Source: Haloarculaceae archaeon (lineage in GTDB: Archaea > Halobacteriota > Halobacteria > Halobacteriales > Haloarculaceae). From it: a stretch of DNA of 64,000 nt. The position numbers and the translations under genes are program-made. This document shows positions 36,517 through 46,619 of this stretch, in pieces; positions within the stretch are counted from its first letter, which is position 1, and each line of letters opens with the position of its first letter. The stretch is taken from assembly GCA_036625595.1 (NCBI GenBank), contig JAZKTK010000002.1, forward strand, positions 3,552 through 67,551. Reading direction: 5' to 3'. Below the pieces are notes generated by a model, which was given only the letters and a program-made list of their open reading frames with translations, did not search any database and was not told the origin of the DNA.

Positions 36517-37617
36517 ATGAGTCGTTCCGGGGAATTCTGTCCGCGCTGTGGGGACGCTATCGAGCGAGACGTATCGCTCGACGTGGAGGGGCCGGATGCC
36601 GCACTCTGTGACGCCTGTTATCTCGACGAGTACGACCTCGTTGACGCACCCGACCGCGTCGAAGTCAACGTCTGTGCCCGCTGTGGCGCGGTCCACCGCG
36701 GCAACCGCTGGGTCGACGTGGGCGCAGAGGACTACACCGACATCGCCATCGAAGAGGTGACCGAAGCGCTCTCGGTCCACGTCGCCGCCACCAGCATCTC
36801 CTGGCAGGTCAGCCCGGAACAGGTCGACGAGACGACCATCCGGATGCACTGCCAGTTCTCCGGCGTCCTCCGCGGGACGCCGGTCGCCGAAGAAGTCACC
36901 GTGCCGGTGAAAATCGGCCGCCAGACGTGCACGCGGTGTGGGCAGATTGCCGGCGGTTCCTACGCCGCCACGGTGCAGATTCGCGCCCGTGAGCGGACGC
37001 CGACCGAGGAAGAGACCGACCGCGCCGTCGAAATCGCCGAAGCGTACATCGACGACCGGGAGGGGAAGGGCGACCGCAACGCCTTCATCAGCGAAATCAA
37101 CGACGCCCGCGACGGCGTCGACGTGAAAGTCTCGACCAGTCAGATTGGTCGCGCCATCGCCGACCGCATCGTCCGGGAACTCGGCGGCACCGTCGACGAA
37201 GCACGTCGCCTCGTCAGTGAAGACGACGACGGCCAGCGCCTCTACCGGATGGCATACGCCGCCCGTCTGCCCGCTTACCGCCCGGGCGAGGTCATCGCCC
37301 CCGACGACGACGACGGACCGGTACTGGTGACCAGCGTCCAGGGGAACCTCAAGGGAACTCGCCTGGCGACTGGCGAGCGCTACGAAGCGCCCTTCGAGGA
37401 CGGTGAGGCGCCCGACGCAGAGCGGTTGGGCTGGCGCGAGGACGCCCAGGAAACGACGCTCGTCGCCATCGAGGACGAGCGCGCAGTCCAGGTACTCGAC
37501 CCTGAAACCTACGAGGCGAAGACCATCGCTCGGCCGGACTATATGGACGCTGACGCCGACGAGGTGCCGGTGCTAAAGAGCCACGCCGGCGTGTTCGTGG
37601 TACCCGACGATGAGTGA
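36517..37617 (+). CDS. NMD3-family protein (archaeal homolog of the 60S export adaptor)
   Basis: The N-terminal Cys clusters CPRCG...CDAC...CARCG are followed by RW.. in the NMD3 pattern. Length is 366 aa. Confidence 0.75.
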   Translation: MSRSGEFCPRCGDAIERDVSLDVEGPDAALCDACYLDEYDLVDAPDRVEVNVCARCGAVHRGNRWVDVGAEDYTDIAIEEVTEALSVHVAATSISWQVSPEQVDETTIRMHCQFSGVLRGTPVAEEVTVPVKIGRQTCTRCGQIAGGSYAATVQIRARERTPTEEETDRAVEIAEAYIDDREGKGDRNAFISEINDARDGVDVKVSTSQIGRAIADRIVRELGGTVDEARRLVSEDDDGQRLYRMAYAARLPAYRPGEVIAPDDDDGPVLVTSVQGNLKGTRLATGERYEAPFEDGEAPDAERLGWREDAQETTLVAIEDERAVQVLDPETYEAKTIARPDYMDADADEVPVLKSHAGVFVVPDDE

Positions 37618-38626
37618 CGAATTTCTCGCGGCCGTCGTCGAGAAAGCACGCACACAGGCGGCTATCGGCTCGCTCCGTGCGGAGGGCGTCTACGACGACG
37701 ACCGGTCGGTGTTCGAGGCAAGCGGTGAGACGGTGGCGATTCCAGTCACCGAGACGCCCACCGAGACACAGATCCTGAAAGTCATCCGCGAGGAAGGCGA
37801 GCCACGCCTGCGGACGCTGGCCGATCATCTTCAGGCGGACGGGTGGACGGACGACCAGATAGAGACTGCGCCGTCGTCGTGGGCCGTTCTCGGCAGTGTC
37901 GTGCTGGTCGAGATGGGCGATGCACACGACCCCGAGGCGGTCGGCGAGGCGCTGCTGGCGATGCACGGCCAGGCAGACACCGTCCTCTCCCGCGGCGGTA
38001 TCGACGGCCAGCACCGCGAACCCGATGTGACTGTCGTCGCCGGCGAGGGCGATACAGAAACTGTGCACCGCGAGCACGGCACTGAGTACGCGATGGATGT
38101 AGCCGAGGTGATGTTCTCGCCGGGCAACAAGGCCGAACGGGCGCGGATGGGCAACGTGACCACGGACGGTGAGCGCGTCCTCGACATGTTCGCCGGCATC
38201 GGCTACTTCACGCTCCCGATAGCCCGCGCCGGTGCCCACGTCACCGCCATCGAACGCAATCCCGACTCCTTCCAGTATCTCCTGGAAAACGCGATGCGAA
38301 ACGGCGTTTCCGACCGGGTAGAGCCGTACCGGGCCGACAACCGCGACGTGCTCGACTCCTACGACGGCGAGCAGTTCGACCGGGTTGTGATGGGGTACTA
38401 CGACGCTCACGAGTTCCTGCCAGAGGCGCTGTCGGTACTCGCACCCGGCGGCACGCTACACATGCACGAGGCGACCCCGGAAGCGCTGGTCCCGGACCGC
38501 CCAGTCGGACGGCTAGACGATGCCGCCGCCGAACTGGGACGGTCCGTCGAGATACTGGACGTGCGGGAAGTCAAGGGGTACAGCGAGGGCGTCGTCCACG
38601 TCGTCGTCGACGTACGGGTAAATTAG
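37610..38626 (+). CDS. Class I SAM-dependent methyltransferase of the Trm5/TYW2 (Met-10+) family
   Basis: The SAM motif VLDMFAGIGYFTLPIA lies in the Met-10+ context FSPGN. The start overlaps the NMD3 gene end by 8 nt. Confidence 0.75.
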   Translation: MSDEFLAAVVEKARTQAAIGSLRAEGVYDDDRSVFEASGETVAIPVTETPTETQILKVIREEGEPRLRTLADHLQADGWTDDQIETAPSSWAVLGSVVLVEMGDAHDPEAVGEALLAMHGQADTVLSRGGIDGQHREPDVTVVAGEGDTETVHREHGTEYAMDVAEVMFSPGNKAERARMGNVTTDGERVLDMFAGIGYFTLPIARAGAHVTAIERNPDSFQYLLENAMRNGVSDRVEPYRADNRDVLDSYDGEQFDRVVMGYYDAHEFLPEALSVLAPGGTLHMHEATPEALVPDRPVGRLDDAAAELGRSVEILDVREVKGYSEGVVHVVVDVRVN

Positions 38627-38658
38627 TCCGTCTGCCGACACCCTTCAGGAGTCACCGG

Positions 38659-38916
38659 CTATCCCTCGCCTTCGGACTGGAACGGTTCGCCGACGGCCCG
38701 TCGGGGTAGCAGTGACATCACTTCCAACGCCAGTTCGTCTGAAGACTCGAACTCATCGCTGCTGGAATCGGCAATGACCTCGCCGAGATTCACTGTCCCG
38801 TCAGCAAGTAAGAGCGTCACGTCGTCGAACGCTTCAGCGGCTGTCTGTACCGAATGCGGGTACTCTACTTCCTCGAGAAACGTGTACAGCTGCTCGAGTT
38901 TGAGTTCTCTGGCCAT
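38659..38916 (-). CDS. Small acidic conserved hypothetical protein
   Basis: 85-aa acidic ORF whose pattern resembles the ORF at 21641-21928. Confidence 0.5.
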   Translation of the reverse strand: MARELKLEQLYTFLEEVEYPHSVQTAAEAFDDVTLLLADGTVNLGEVIADSSSDEFESSDELALEVMSLLPRRAVGEPFQSEGEG

Positions 38917-39067
38917 GGCGAATGGAAGGGACGAAGCGATTTAGATGTATGCCTGACACAACCTCGGTCGGTCGCTCGCAGAAGACGACGAACGCGGAGA
39001 CGACACTCGACCATCGAGTTGCCCTTCGGCACGAAAACTCTAATTGTCCGGGTGCATACAGCCAGGT

Positions 39068-39154
39068 ATGAACAAACAGCAGATCATCGCCATCCTCTTC
39101 GTCCTCCTGATGGTCGGGTCGTCGGTCATCTACGGCGTATCCGCGCTGTTCTAA
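39068..39154 (+). CDS. Candidate 28-aa single-TM micro-protein (absent from the ORF track)
   Basis: An ATG at 39068 opens MNKQQIIAILFVLLMVGSSVIYGVSALF, ending with TAA at 39152-39154. An AT-rich TATA-like CTCTAATTG lies ~25-30 nt upstream. GC3-rich codons are typical of the host. Confidence 0.4.
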   Translation: MNKQQIIAILFVLLMVGSSVIYGVSALF

Positions 39155-39176
39155 GCCGCGAGCAAGACGCCCGCCG

Positions 39177-40916
39177 TCAGTCCCACACGTCCGAGAGCGG
39201 GTGGTCCCCGTCATCGGTCGCTGACTGTGACCGGGTCCGCGACCGGGAGTGGCTCCGTGTCCGCGCATCCGACACACCACCCAGCGCTTCACCAGGTGCA
39301 AACTCGGGCAGATCTGGTGGCGTCATCCGGTCGACCTGTTCGCGGAACCAATCTGGCATGTCCGTTCGCGCTCGCTCGAAGAGGTCGACCAGCGAGGAGT
39401 CCGCGAGATACGTCGCCCCATGGTCGTCGGGGGCGCGCACGACGCGCCCACAGGCCTGGATGACCGTCCGGAGCGCCGTCCGGTAGTACCAGGCCCACTG
39501 CCCTTCCTCCAGTCGGTGTGCGACTCGCGAGTCGCGGGTGTTCGGGTACGGCGCCTTACAGAGTAGTTGCCACCGGCAGAGGTCGCCCTCCAGGTCCAGC
39601 GCTTCTTCCATCTTCACCGAGAGGAACACGTCGGGGTCGTCAGCGCGCTTCCACGCGGCGAGTTGCCCGTCGCGGTCTGCCGACTCGTGGGAACGCACCC
39701 GCGACCCGACGCCGAAATCCGCGAGCAGCGACTGGAGTTGGTCCTGAATCGCATAGGAGTGACAGTGGACCAGCCCCTTCTCGTCGGGGTGGTGTTGCAT
39801 GATACGAACGAGCGTGCGCGCAATCTTCGGGAGCGTCTCCTCGCGGTGTTCGTAGGTCATCTTCCCCTGTGTCACGTCGTACAGCGGTCGGTTCTCGACG
39901 GGAAAGGTATGGGGTACCTCCACCAGCGCGACGTTTTCGGGTGCCAGGCCGACGTTCGCACAGAACGCCTCCTTGTTGAGAATTGTCGCCGACAGCAGTG
40001 CGAACTTCGTCCCGCGGTCCCAGACGGTGTGTTTGAGATACCGCTCGGGACTCATCGGCTTTATCGTGACGCGGGTTCCCTCGCCGTCGGGCTGGTCGAC
40101 GACCCACGTCGTCGCGCTCTCGGGGTCGCGGTACTCCTCGGCGAACCACTTCAAATCCGAGCGGAGTTCGTTCACCCGGTCGCGTTCGCTGGCCTCCTCA
40201 GGCGTGAGTTCGGCGTTGCCCCGCAGTTGTTCGAGCCGGCGCGTACTCAGCGTCTGGAGGTAGTCGGCGTACTCGGCGGCGTCGTCCAAATCCTCGATAT
40301 CCGGCGCTTTCGCCTCGTCCCAGAAGGGAACAGTCTCGGGTGAGAGCTCGATGGTCGCATACATCTCCGCCCAGTTGCCGAGCCCGTGCGCCTCGTCGAT
40401 GACCACCACGTCCCGCGTGCCGAACACGTCCGAGCCGGCAGTCTGCATGAAGTACGCGAGCGTCATCGCCGCGATGGACTGGTTGGCAGCGATAGTCCGG
40501 TCCGAAAAGTACGGACAGCGGTGTTTGACCTCGCAGTCGAACTCCCGTTCCCGGACACAGGGAGCCTGGTTGACCGGTGTATCCGTCTCGCCGGGGAGGA
40601 TACAGGAGTAGTTGTTCTTCCCGCGGATGATAGAGAGGTCGGCGAGTAACGAATCGCTCTCGACGTCGTCGAGCTGAGAGACCTGCGGCGTGGTGTAGTA
40701 GGCGCGAGCAGGTGCAGTCGGGTCGCCACTGCCGGTGCGGCGCGCACAGCCGGCGATGGCCCGAGCGAGCAGGGACTTCCCGCTGCCGGTGGGCGCGCGG
40801 ACCAGCACCACGTCGTTGCCGTCGTCGAAGGCAGCTGCGATGTCGTGGAGTGCCTGCTCCTGGGCACCGCGATAGCTGGGGGCTGGGAACTCCTCGAAGA
40901 TGCGCGACGTATCCAC
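39177..40916 (-). CDS. XPD/Rad3-related (DinG-family) DNA helicase with an Fe-S cluster domain
   Basis: Walker A is APTGSGKS and the DEAH box is VVIDEAHGL. Four Cys sit between motifs I and II (CILPG...C...C...C). The C-terminal helicase motif is GRVVRAPDDHG. Confidence 0.85.
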   Translation of the reverse strand: MDTSRIFEEFPAPSYRGAQEQALHDIAAAFDDGNDVVLVRAPTGSGKSLLARAIAGCARRTGSGDPTAPARAYYTTPQVSQLDDVESDSLLADLSIIRGKNNYSCILPGETDTPVNQAPCVREREFDCEVKHRCPYFSDRTIAANQSIAAMTLAYFMQTAGSDVFGTRDVVVIDEAHGLGNWAEMYATIELSPETVPFWDEAKAPDIEDLDDAAEYADYLQTLSTRRLEQLRGNAELTPEEASERDRVNELRSDLKWFAEEYRDPESATTWVVDQPDGEGTRVTIKPMSPERYLKHTVWDRGTKFALLSATILNKEAFCANVGLAPENVALVEVPHTFPVENRPLYDVTQGKMTYEHREETLPKIARTLVRIMQHHPDEKGLVHCHSYAIQDQLQSLLADFGVGSRVRSHESADRDGQLAAWKRADDPDVFLSVKMEEALDLEGDLCRWQLLCKAPYPNTRDSRVAHRLEEGQWAWYYRTALRTVIQACGRVVRAPDDHGATYLADSSLVDLFERARTDMPDWFREQVDRMTPPDLPEFAPGEALGGVSDARTRSHSRSRTRSQSATDDGDHPLSDVWD

Positions 40917-40965
40917 ACCGGAAGGGAGTGGCGCGACCCGTCTTAAGCTATCGGATGGAACCCAG

Positions 40966-41175
40966 TCACTCCGAGAGCGCAGCCACGTCCTCGGCGGTCA
41001 CATCGTGGTCGTCGGGCAACCGCTCGATACACTCGAAACAGAGAAAGTGCTCGGTCCCGTCGGCCAGTTCCAGCTCGATGCCACCGGTGGTATCCTTTTC
41101 GAGCGTCCAGATGTTTGCGATACCGCCGGCTATCGATACCTGTTTGCCACACCCGTCGCAGGGTTGGCGTGCCAT
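40966..41175 (-). CDS. Small zinc-finger protein
   Basis: The product MARQPCDGCGK...FLCFECIE has two Cys pairs and an acidic tail. I chose the ATG at 41175. Confidence 0.55.
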   Translation of the reverse strand: MARQPCDGCGKQVSIAGGIANIWTLEKDTTGGIELELADGTEHFLCFECIERLPDDHDVTAEDVAALSE

Positions 41176-41285
41176 AGCTGGTCCTGGGGGACCAAGGCTG
41201 AAACAGTTTCCGTCGTCGCGGCGAGGGGGGTGGTCCACAGCAGTCGGGCCACCGAATTAAGACGCCAGAGACCTACGGATTAGAT

Positions 41286-42227
41286 ATGGATGTACTTGTG
41301 ACGGGGGCAACCGGATTCGTCGGCGGTCGGCTCGTCCCGGCCCTGCTGGCTGCTGGCCACGATGTGCGCGTGCTCGTCCGAGATAGAACTCGGTACGACG
41401 CCGCCGAGAGCGTCACGGTGTTCGAAGGCGACCTGCTGGAACCGGGCAGTTTCGACGCTGCCCTCGCCGGTGTGGACGCGGCTTACTACCTCGTCCACTC
41501 GATGAAAGCGGGGGAAGATTTCGAGGAGCGCGACCGGACCGCAGCGAAGAACTTCGCCGACGCCGCGAGTGCGGCCAGCGTCGACCGCGTCGTCTACCTC
41601 GGCGGTCTCGGCGAGGAAGGCGAAGAACTCTCTCGGCACCTCAAATCGCGTCGCGAAGTCGAACAGGTACTCGGCGAGGGAGACTACGAGTTGACGACGC
41701 TTCGGGCAGCCATCATCATCGGCCACGGCAGCGCCAGCTTCGAGATGGTCAAGCAACTGGCCTCCCGCCTACCGATAATGGTGACGCCGCGCTGGGTGCA
41801 AAACGAGTGTCAGCCAATCGCTATCGACGACGTCATCTCCTACCTCGTCGGGGTGCTCGACCACCCGGAAACGGCGGGAGAGACCTACGAGATTGGCGGT
41901 CCGGACGTGCTGACCTACGGTGAAATCCTCCGACTGACTGCACGCGAGATGGGACGGCGGCCACCGACCATTGTTCCTGTTCCCGTGTTGACGCCGCGAC
42001 TCTCCTCGTACTGGGTCGGGTTCGTCACCGACGTGGACCCCGAGGTGGCGCGCCCCCTCATCGACGGTCTCCGGAACGCCGTCGTCGTCCGGGACGACAG
42101 CATCCGCGACCACCTCGACTTCGAGGTGACGCCGTTCGTGACGGCCGTCAGGCGCGCGCTTGCGGCCAACCAGGGCGAGCGCGACCCCACCGCAAAAGCC
42201 GTCCAGCAGACCGGGGGCCAGGCCTGA
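41286..42227 (+). CDS. NAD(P)-binding Rossmann protein (NmrA/SDR atypical epimerase-like)
   Basis: The N-terminal VLVTGATGFVGGRLV dinucleotide-binding motif is present and the length is ~310 aa. Confidence 0.8.
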   Translation: MDVLVTGATGFVGGRLVPALLAAGHDVRVLVRDRTRYDAAESVTVFEGDLLEPGSFDAALAGVDAAYYLVHSMKAGEDFEERDRTAAKNFADAASAASVDRVVYLGGLGEEGEELSRHLKSRREVEQVLGEGDYELTTLRAAIIIGHGSASFEMVKQLASRLPIMVTPRWVQNECQPIAIDDVISYLVGVLDHPETAGETYEIGGPDVLTYGEILRLTAREMGRRPPTIVPVPVLTPRLSSYWVGFVTDVDPEVARPLIDGLRNAVVVRDDSIRDHLDFEVTPFVTAVRRALAANQGERDPTAKAVQQTGGQA

Positions 42228-43000
42228 TGGCCGGCGGCGAGCACGACCGACAAACTCCACGACAGGACGACGGCACCGCCCGCCAAGATGGCGAGAGAGT
42301 CCCCCCGGAATACGGCGAGACGTGGGTCTACGAGAGTATCATCGGGGCGCTCCCGGGTATCCACATCAGCCCGACGGTCGCCCTGGCTATCCAGTTCGTC
42401 GGGTTCGAGGTCGCCATCCTCCTGCTGGCGTGGTACTACCAGCTCTGGACGGCTGCCATCGCGGGCACGATTGCGGTCGCCGTCGCGACTGTCGGGAGCG
42501 CCGAGATGCTGCGCATCGCTCGCGTGACCCGTGGTGAAGATGTCCCCGACGCCTACCGACGACTGCTCTTCTCCTCGAACGTCGAGGTCGTCCTCTCGGT
42601 GCTGGCCTACATCGCACTCATCACGCATCTGTTCGTCTGGGACCCCCGGACGGCCACAGAGCCACTTGTAACGCGGCTGTTCGGCACTGAACCGCCGATT
42701 CTGGTGGTATATCTGATGCTCCTGATACTGTGGGACGTGTGCTACCGCATCGGAACGGGGTGGTGGGCGTCGATTACGGCGCTGTGGCGGTCGGCACGGT
42801 TCCGATTCGACGCCGAAACACGCCGGTCGCTGCGCAGAGCCGACCTCGAAGCGTTCGGGTTCGGACTGCTCCAGCTCGCGTTCGTTCCCTTTCTCCTGGA
42901 CCAGCCGGTGCTACTCGCTGCCGTCGTCGGCCACGTTATCGCGGTCCTGACGGTAACGGGACTAGCTGTTGCCCTGCCTAGAATCCGGAGAGAGAACTAG
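42227..43000 (+). CDS. Conserved hypothetical multi-pass membrane protein
   Basis: The start abuts the stop of the upstream gene. There are several hydrophobic helices and no motif I recognise. Confidence 0.65.
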   Translation: MAGGEHDRQTPRQDDGTARQDGERVPPEYGETWVYESIIGALPGIHISPTVALAIQFVGFEVAILLLAWYYQLWTAAIAGTIAVAVATVGSAEMLRIARVTRGEDVPDAYRRLLFSSNVEVVLSVLAYIALITHLFVWDPRTATEPLVTRLFGTEPPILVVYLMLLILWDVCYRIGTGWWASITALWRSARFRFDAETRRSLRRADLEAFGFGLLQLAFVPFLLDQPVLLAAVVGHVIAVLTVTGLAVALPRIRREN

Positions 43001-43170
43001 CTCGACTGGATTTCTTTGAACTGGTCGAGGAGCTCTTCAGCCGAGTCACCGCCTTCGTACTCGACGCTGCCCTCGTACTCGTCGCGCTCGTCGTCGAAAC
43101 TCGCGTCGACTTCGCTGTTCTTTCGTTCCCGGCGTTCGTGCTCGGCTTCGTCATATGCGCCCATCGACAT
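42997..43170 (-). CDS. Small acidic haloarchaeal protein (MGAYDE...HERRERK type)
   Basis: The product MSMGAYDEAEHERRERKNSEVD... matches a small acidic protein type I recall as widespread in Halobacteria. The exact start (43182/43170/43164) is uncertain. Confidence 0.6.
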   Translation of the reverse strand: MSMGAYDEAEHERRERKNSEVDASFDDERDEYEGSVEYEGGDSAEELLDQFKEIQSS

Positions 43171-43238
43171 TGTGAACCACACTCACACTTGCCAACTGAT
43201 ACATATCAATGCATCGGTTAATATCGTAATAAGATTCC

Positions 43239-43245
43239 AAAAAAA
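43239..43245 (-). terminator. Oligo-T tract (T7 on the minus strand) after the beta-propeller gene
   Basis: An A7 run on the plus strand lies 13 nt beyond the stop at 43258. Confidence 0.4.
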
Positions 43246-43257
43246 GAATCGGCGGCC

Positions 43258-45300
43258 CTACTCGTCGAGATTGAGCGTCGTCGTCTCGGTCCAGGACGTT
43301 TCGTCGACGACAGTCACAGAACGACCAGCAAAGACGTACAGCGAATCCTCGACGTAGCGAGTTCGGGTGGCGGGGATGTCCGTCCGGACGGTCATCTCCA
43401 GTTCGAGAGAGTCAGCAGTGTAGTCCACGACGAGACTCTGCTGGCCCGCTGGAAGGACAAACACGTCGTGTTTCCGGTCGATGAGGAACGCGTGGTGACT
43501 CCGGCTGACCGCTGAGTAGTGCTGGTCAAAGCGCTTCGAGTCGGCGATAGTGGGATTCGCCGGGTCGCTGACATCGAACAGCACTGCCTTGACCTCGCCG
43601 TCTTCCTCGCCAATACCGAGCACACGGTCGTCATCGATTGGGTGCAGGTACGACGAGTAGCCGGGCAGTTCCAGCGTACCCCGTTCGACGGGATTCGACG
43701 GGGTAGAGAGGTCAACGACGTGGAGGGGGTCGACCTGTCGGAAGGTAACGACGTAGGCCATGTCGTCGACGTATCGAACGGAGTAGACCCGCTGATCCGT
43801 GCCCATTCCGGTAACCGAGCCCTGTCGTTCCAGCGAGCGGGCACCGAGCGTGTAGAGGTCGTTCTCACTCTCACCGTCGCCCGTCCGCGGGATGGTCGTC
43901 GCGACGCGCAGCGTCCCGTTGTGCTCATCGAGCGAGAACTGATTGAGCGGTTCACCAGGGACCACACCGGTCGATCCGACCGACAGGTCGGTGTCGGACA
44001 CGTCAATCCGGACAATACCCGTCCGGGTGAGATTGCGCTTGTGTTCGCTCAAGTACGCCGCCAGTCCCTCGTGGAAGTCCCGCTCGACCTGGTGGCGCTC
44101 GTCAGCGGGCAGTGACTGGAGCCACCGGTCGACCGCCACGCGCATCTCGCGGAGTTGCGACTGCGTGGAGATGTCATAGGACCGGATTTCGCTGACGCGG
44201 TCGGTGACTGACTGGGGTGTGCGGTCGAACGCCTGAATGTAGTTCCCCAGCACTTTCGCACGGTCGGCCTCCTGCGTGTAGGTCACGTACAGCGCGTCGG
44301 GCGACATGTAGACGACGGAGTTTCGAGCGGTGCCGACGAAACTCACCGAATCGCGGACTGTCCCATCGTCGGCGTCGATACTGAACGCGGCGTACGTGGC
44401 ATCGACTGGAATCTGCGTGCCCGGACGATAGATGTCAGTACAGGCGATGGCGTTGTCTCCGCCAAGCGGTCGAATCGGGCATGCAGTCCCGAGCCCAACC
44501 GACGACTCGGTGACGAGATAGACCGTCCCGTTGTGCTCTCGTGCGGAGACGAGCGTCCCGTTCATCGGCTGTGACCACACGTCGGTCGGACGCTGGGGGT
44601 CGCTCACGTCGTAGCCGACTATCCGCTCGTTCTCGAAGACGAGGAGTCGGTCGCCGGTCCGGAGGAGTTTCCCGGACGTGTCAATCTGAGCAGCTACCTC
44701 GGGTGCGTCGGGGTCGGTCGCGTCGATGACGTGTGTGGTGGGCCGTTCGTGCTCGCGCGGGTCTGCCGACTCCACGTCGCGTCGCGGCTCCGGACGAACG
44801 GGAGCAAAGTGGTTCCGCTGGGGTGCGTAGTAGAAATTCGACCCGTCAGTCTTGACGATATCCGGTTCGTCGAGGCTATCGACCTGGACGTTTGTCCCTG
44901 CGATGCGTGAGGGCGATGGGGCTGTCGGAGCGCCACCGTCGTCGCCGGCTGTTGCCTCGACGCGGTCGGGAGTTTCAAGAGATGGTCTCGCGGTGTCCAG
45001 TGCCGCCGTCGGACGCCACAACCGACCGGACGCAACGCGACGCTGGCCCTCGGCGACGTAGGACTCGAACGCGGTGCGGTTCTGGAACTGGGTGACCGTC
45101 GCCTGGTCGGCCGACAGCTGCGTTGCGGGGAACGATACCGGTGTCGCTCCACGTTGGTCAGTCTGGTTTTGCTCCGCCGGAGCGTGGTCCGACGAGCCGG
45201 GTGAGGCTGAATCGACGGCTGCCAGTACGAGGCCGCCACCGACGACTGACCCAACCAGCAGTGCGACCACCGCGAGCGTGCGTGCACTATGGGCTGTCAT
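43258..45300 (-). CDS. Secreted beta-propeller domain protein (COG4880/Beta_propel-like)
   Basis: The signal/TM segment is RTLAVVALLVGSVVGGGLVLAAV. The protein is 680 aa with recurring D...V.Y.SP..LYV / V.F..VDPL.V.DLS patterns typical of that family as I recall it. Confidence 0.7.
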   Translation of the reverse strand: MTAHSARTLAVVALLVGSVVGGGLVLAAVDSASPGSSDHAPAEQNQTDQRGATPVSFPATQLSADQATVTQFQNRTAFESYVAEGQRRVASGRLWRPTAALDTARPSLETPDRVEATAGDDGGAPTAPSPSRIAGTNVQVDSLDEPDIVKTDGSNFYYAPQRNHFAPVRPEPRRDVESADPREHERPTTHVIDATDPDAPEVAAQIDTSGKLLRTGDRLLVFENERIVGYDVSDPQRPTDVWSQPMNGTLVSAREHNGTVYLVTESSVGLGTACPIRPLGGDNAIACTDIYRPGTQIPVDATYAAFSIDADDGTVRDSVSFVGTARNSVVYMSPDALYVTYTQEADRAKVLGNYIQAFDRTPQSVTDRVSEIRSYDISTQSQLREMRVAVDRWLQSLPADERHQVERDFHEGLAAYLSEHKRNLTRTGIVRIDVSDTDLSVGSTGVVPGEPLNQFSLDEHNGTLRVATTIPRTGDGESENDLYTLGARSLERQGSVTGMGTDQRVYSVRYVDDMAYVVTFRQVDPLHVVDLSTPSNPVERGTLELPGYSSYLHPIDDDRVLGIGEEDGEVKAVLFDVSDPANPTIADSKRFDQHYSAVSRSHHAFLIDRKHDVFVLPAGQQSLVVDYTADSLELEMTVRTDIPATRTRYVEDSLYVFAGRSVTVVDETSWTETTTLNLDE

Positions 45301-45491
45301 AACCCAACGTGTGGTCGAGAGTAGCTATAACATAGCGCAAAGTGAAACGCGGCTTTGACCTATGCCGACAAGCAGGCAGTCACAGGTGGGCGGTCGAAAC
45401 TGGGACTAGTCGCTAGCTGGGTGAGAACAGATGGCGTCGTGCGGCCCGGCGGCCGACAGTATATATGTGCTCACCGACCTAGAACTCCCCA

Positions 45492-46478
45492 GTGGCAGGG
45501 CCGATACGATTTCGCCGCGACACGCGGCCGTGGACCAGTGACCGGGTCGACCGAGACCTCTATGCGCCGTTGAACAGCCGCTTCGGTGCCAACCGTCGCG
45601 CGCCGGCTCACGACCCACCGCCGGGGTACGAGGCGTGCCAGCTCCGCATGGACAACGGTGACCTCGCACTCTTTGCGTGGGGTGAAGACGCGTTCTGGCT
45701 GGGCAACACCGAGACGCCGAAAACCCTCTGGCGGACGGACAAGTACACCTTCTCCGAAGTCCCCTATCCCATCGCGCGGTGGGCACAGCGGGAGTTGCTG
45801 ACCGAACTTCAGGTCTCGGACCCGTGGCTGGCCGAGTACGCCTACGTCTCGTGGTACTTTCTCCCGGTGTTGTTCTCGAAAGACGGCAAAGAGACGACGC
45901 GGGCCTTCTTCCGGGACCACGCGTCGGGCTTTCCCGACGCGACCCGCGAGGAGGGACTACAGTTCTACGAGCGGCTGCTGTCGGCAACGGACCTGGACGA
46001 CCACCGGTACACGATGGCGTCGAAACTCGGTACCAGCGAGGCGGTCGACCTCGTGCGGATGCGCGCGACGATGGCCGAGTTCAACGCCGCCAAACTCCTG
46101 ACCGACGCCGGCTACGACTACACCCCCGAGGTCGCACTTGATTCCGGCTACGCGCTCGATTTCCGCGTCCACAAACCGAATAGCCTCGTGGAAGTGACAC
46201 GACCGGAACCGCCGACGCGTCGGCGGGCAGGGACGCCTGCAGCCGCACTCCGAGAGACGGTCGGCGGAAAGACGAACGACCAGCTCAGCGCCCACGCAGA
46301 CGCGGTGGTTTTCGCCGACTGCACGTCGTTTCGGGACGACGAGTGGAACGCCGTCGCCGCCGACCAGCCGGCGGCCGGACACGAGCCAGCCGTCGTCTAC
46401 CGAATGCGACCCGACGGAACCGTCGCGGGCTACACCTGTGGTGACGTGCCACTGGCACTCGATTCCATCCTCGAGTAG
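45492..46478 (+). CDS. Conserved hypothetical protein
   Basis: 328-aa ORF with a GTG start ~25 nt downstream of a TATA-like GTATATATG. Composition is halophilic and I recognise no motif. Confidence 0.65.
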   Translation: MAGPIRFRRDTRPWTSDRVDRDLYAPLNSRFGANRRAPAHDPPPGYEACQLRMDNGDLALFAWGEDAFWLGNTETPKTLWRTDKYTFSEVPYPIARWAQRELLTELQVSDPWLAEYAYVSWYFLPVLFSKDGKETTRAFFRDHASGFPDATREEGLQFYERLLSATDLDDHRYTMASKLGTSEAVDLVRMRATMAEFNAAKLLTDAGYDYTPEVALDSGYALDFRVHKPNSLVEVTRPEPPTRRRAGTPAAALRETVGGKTNDQLSAHADAVVFADCTSFRDDEWNAVAADQPAAGHEPAVVYRMRPDGTVAGYTCGDVPLALDSILE

Positions 46479-46583
46479 TGGCAAAGCGGCGGAAACAGTC
46501 CATGTTACTGAGCCTCACATACCCATACAGCGAGATACCGACACCCCGTATCTGTACTGCGATTTCGGGATTAATCAGCAGTC

Positions 46584-46591
46584 TTATATAT
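46584..46591 (+). promoter_or_regulatory. TATA-box-like element upstream of the SBP gene
   Basis: TTATATAT lies ~29 nt upstream of the ATG at 46620, consistent with a leaderless transcript. Confidence 0.45.
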
Positions 46592-46619
46592 GAACTAACT
46601 ATTGTACGACATAACAGAG

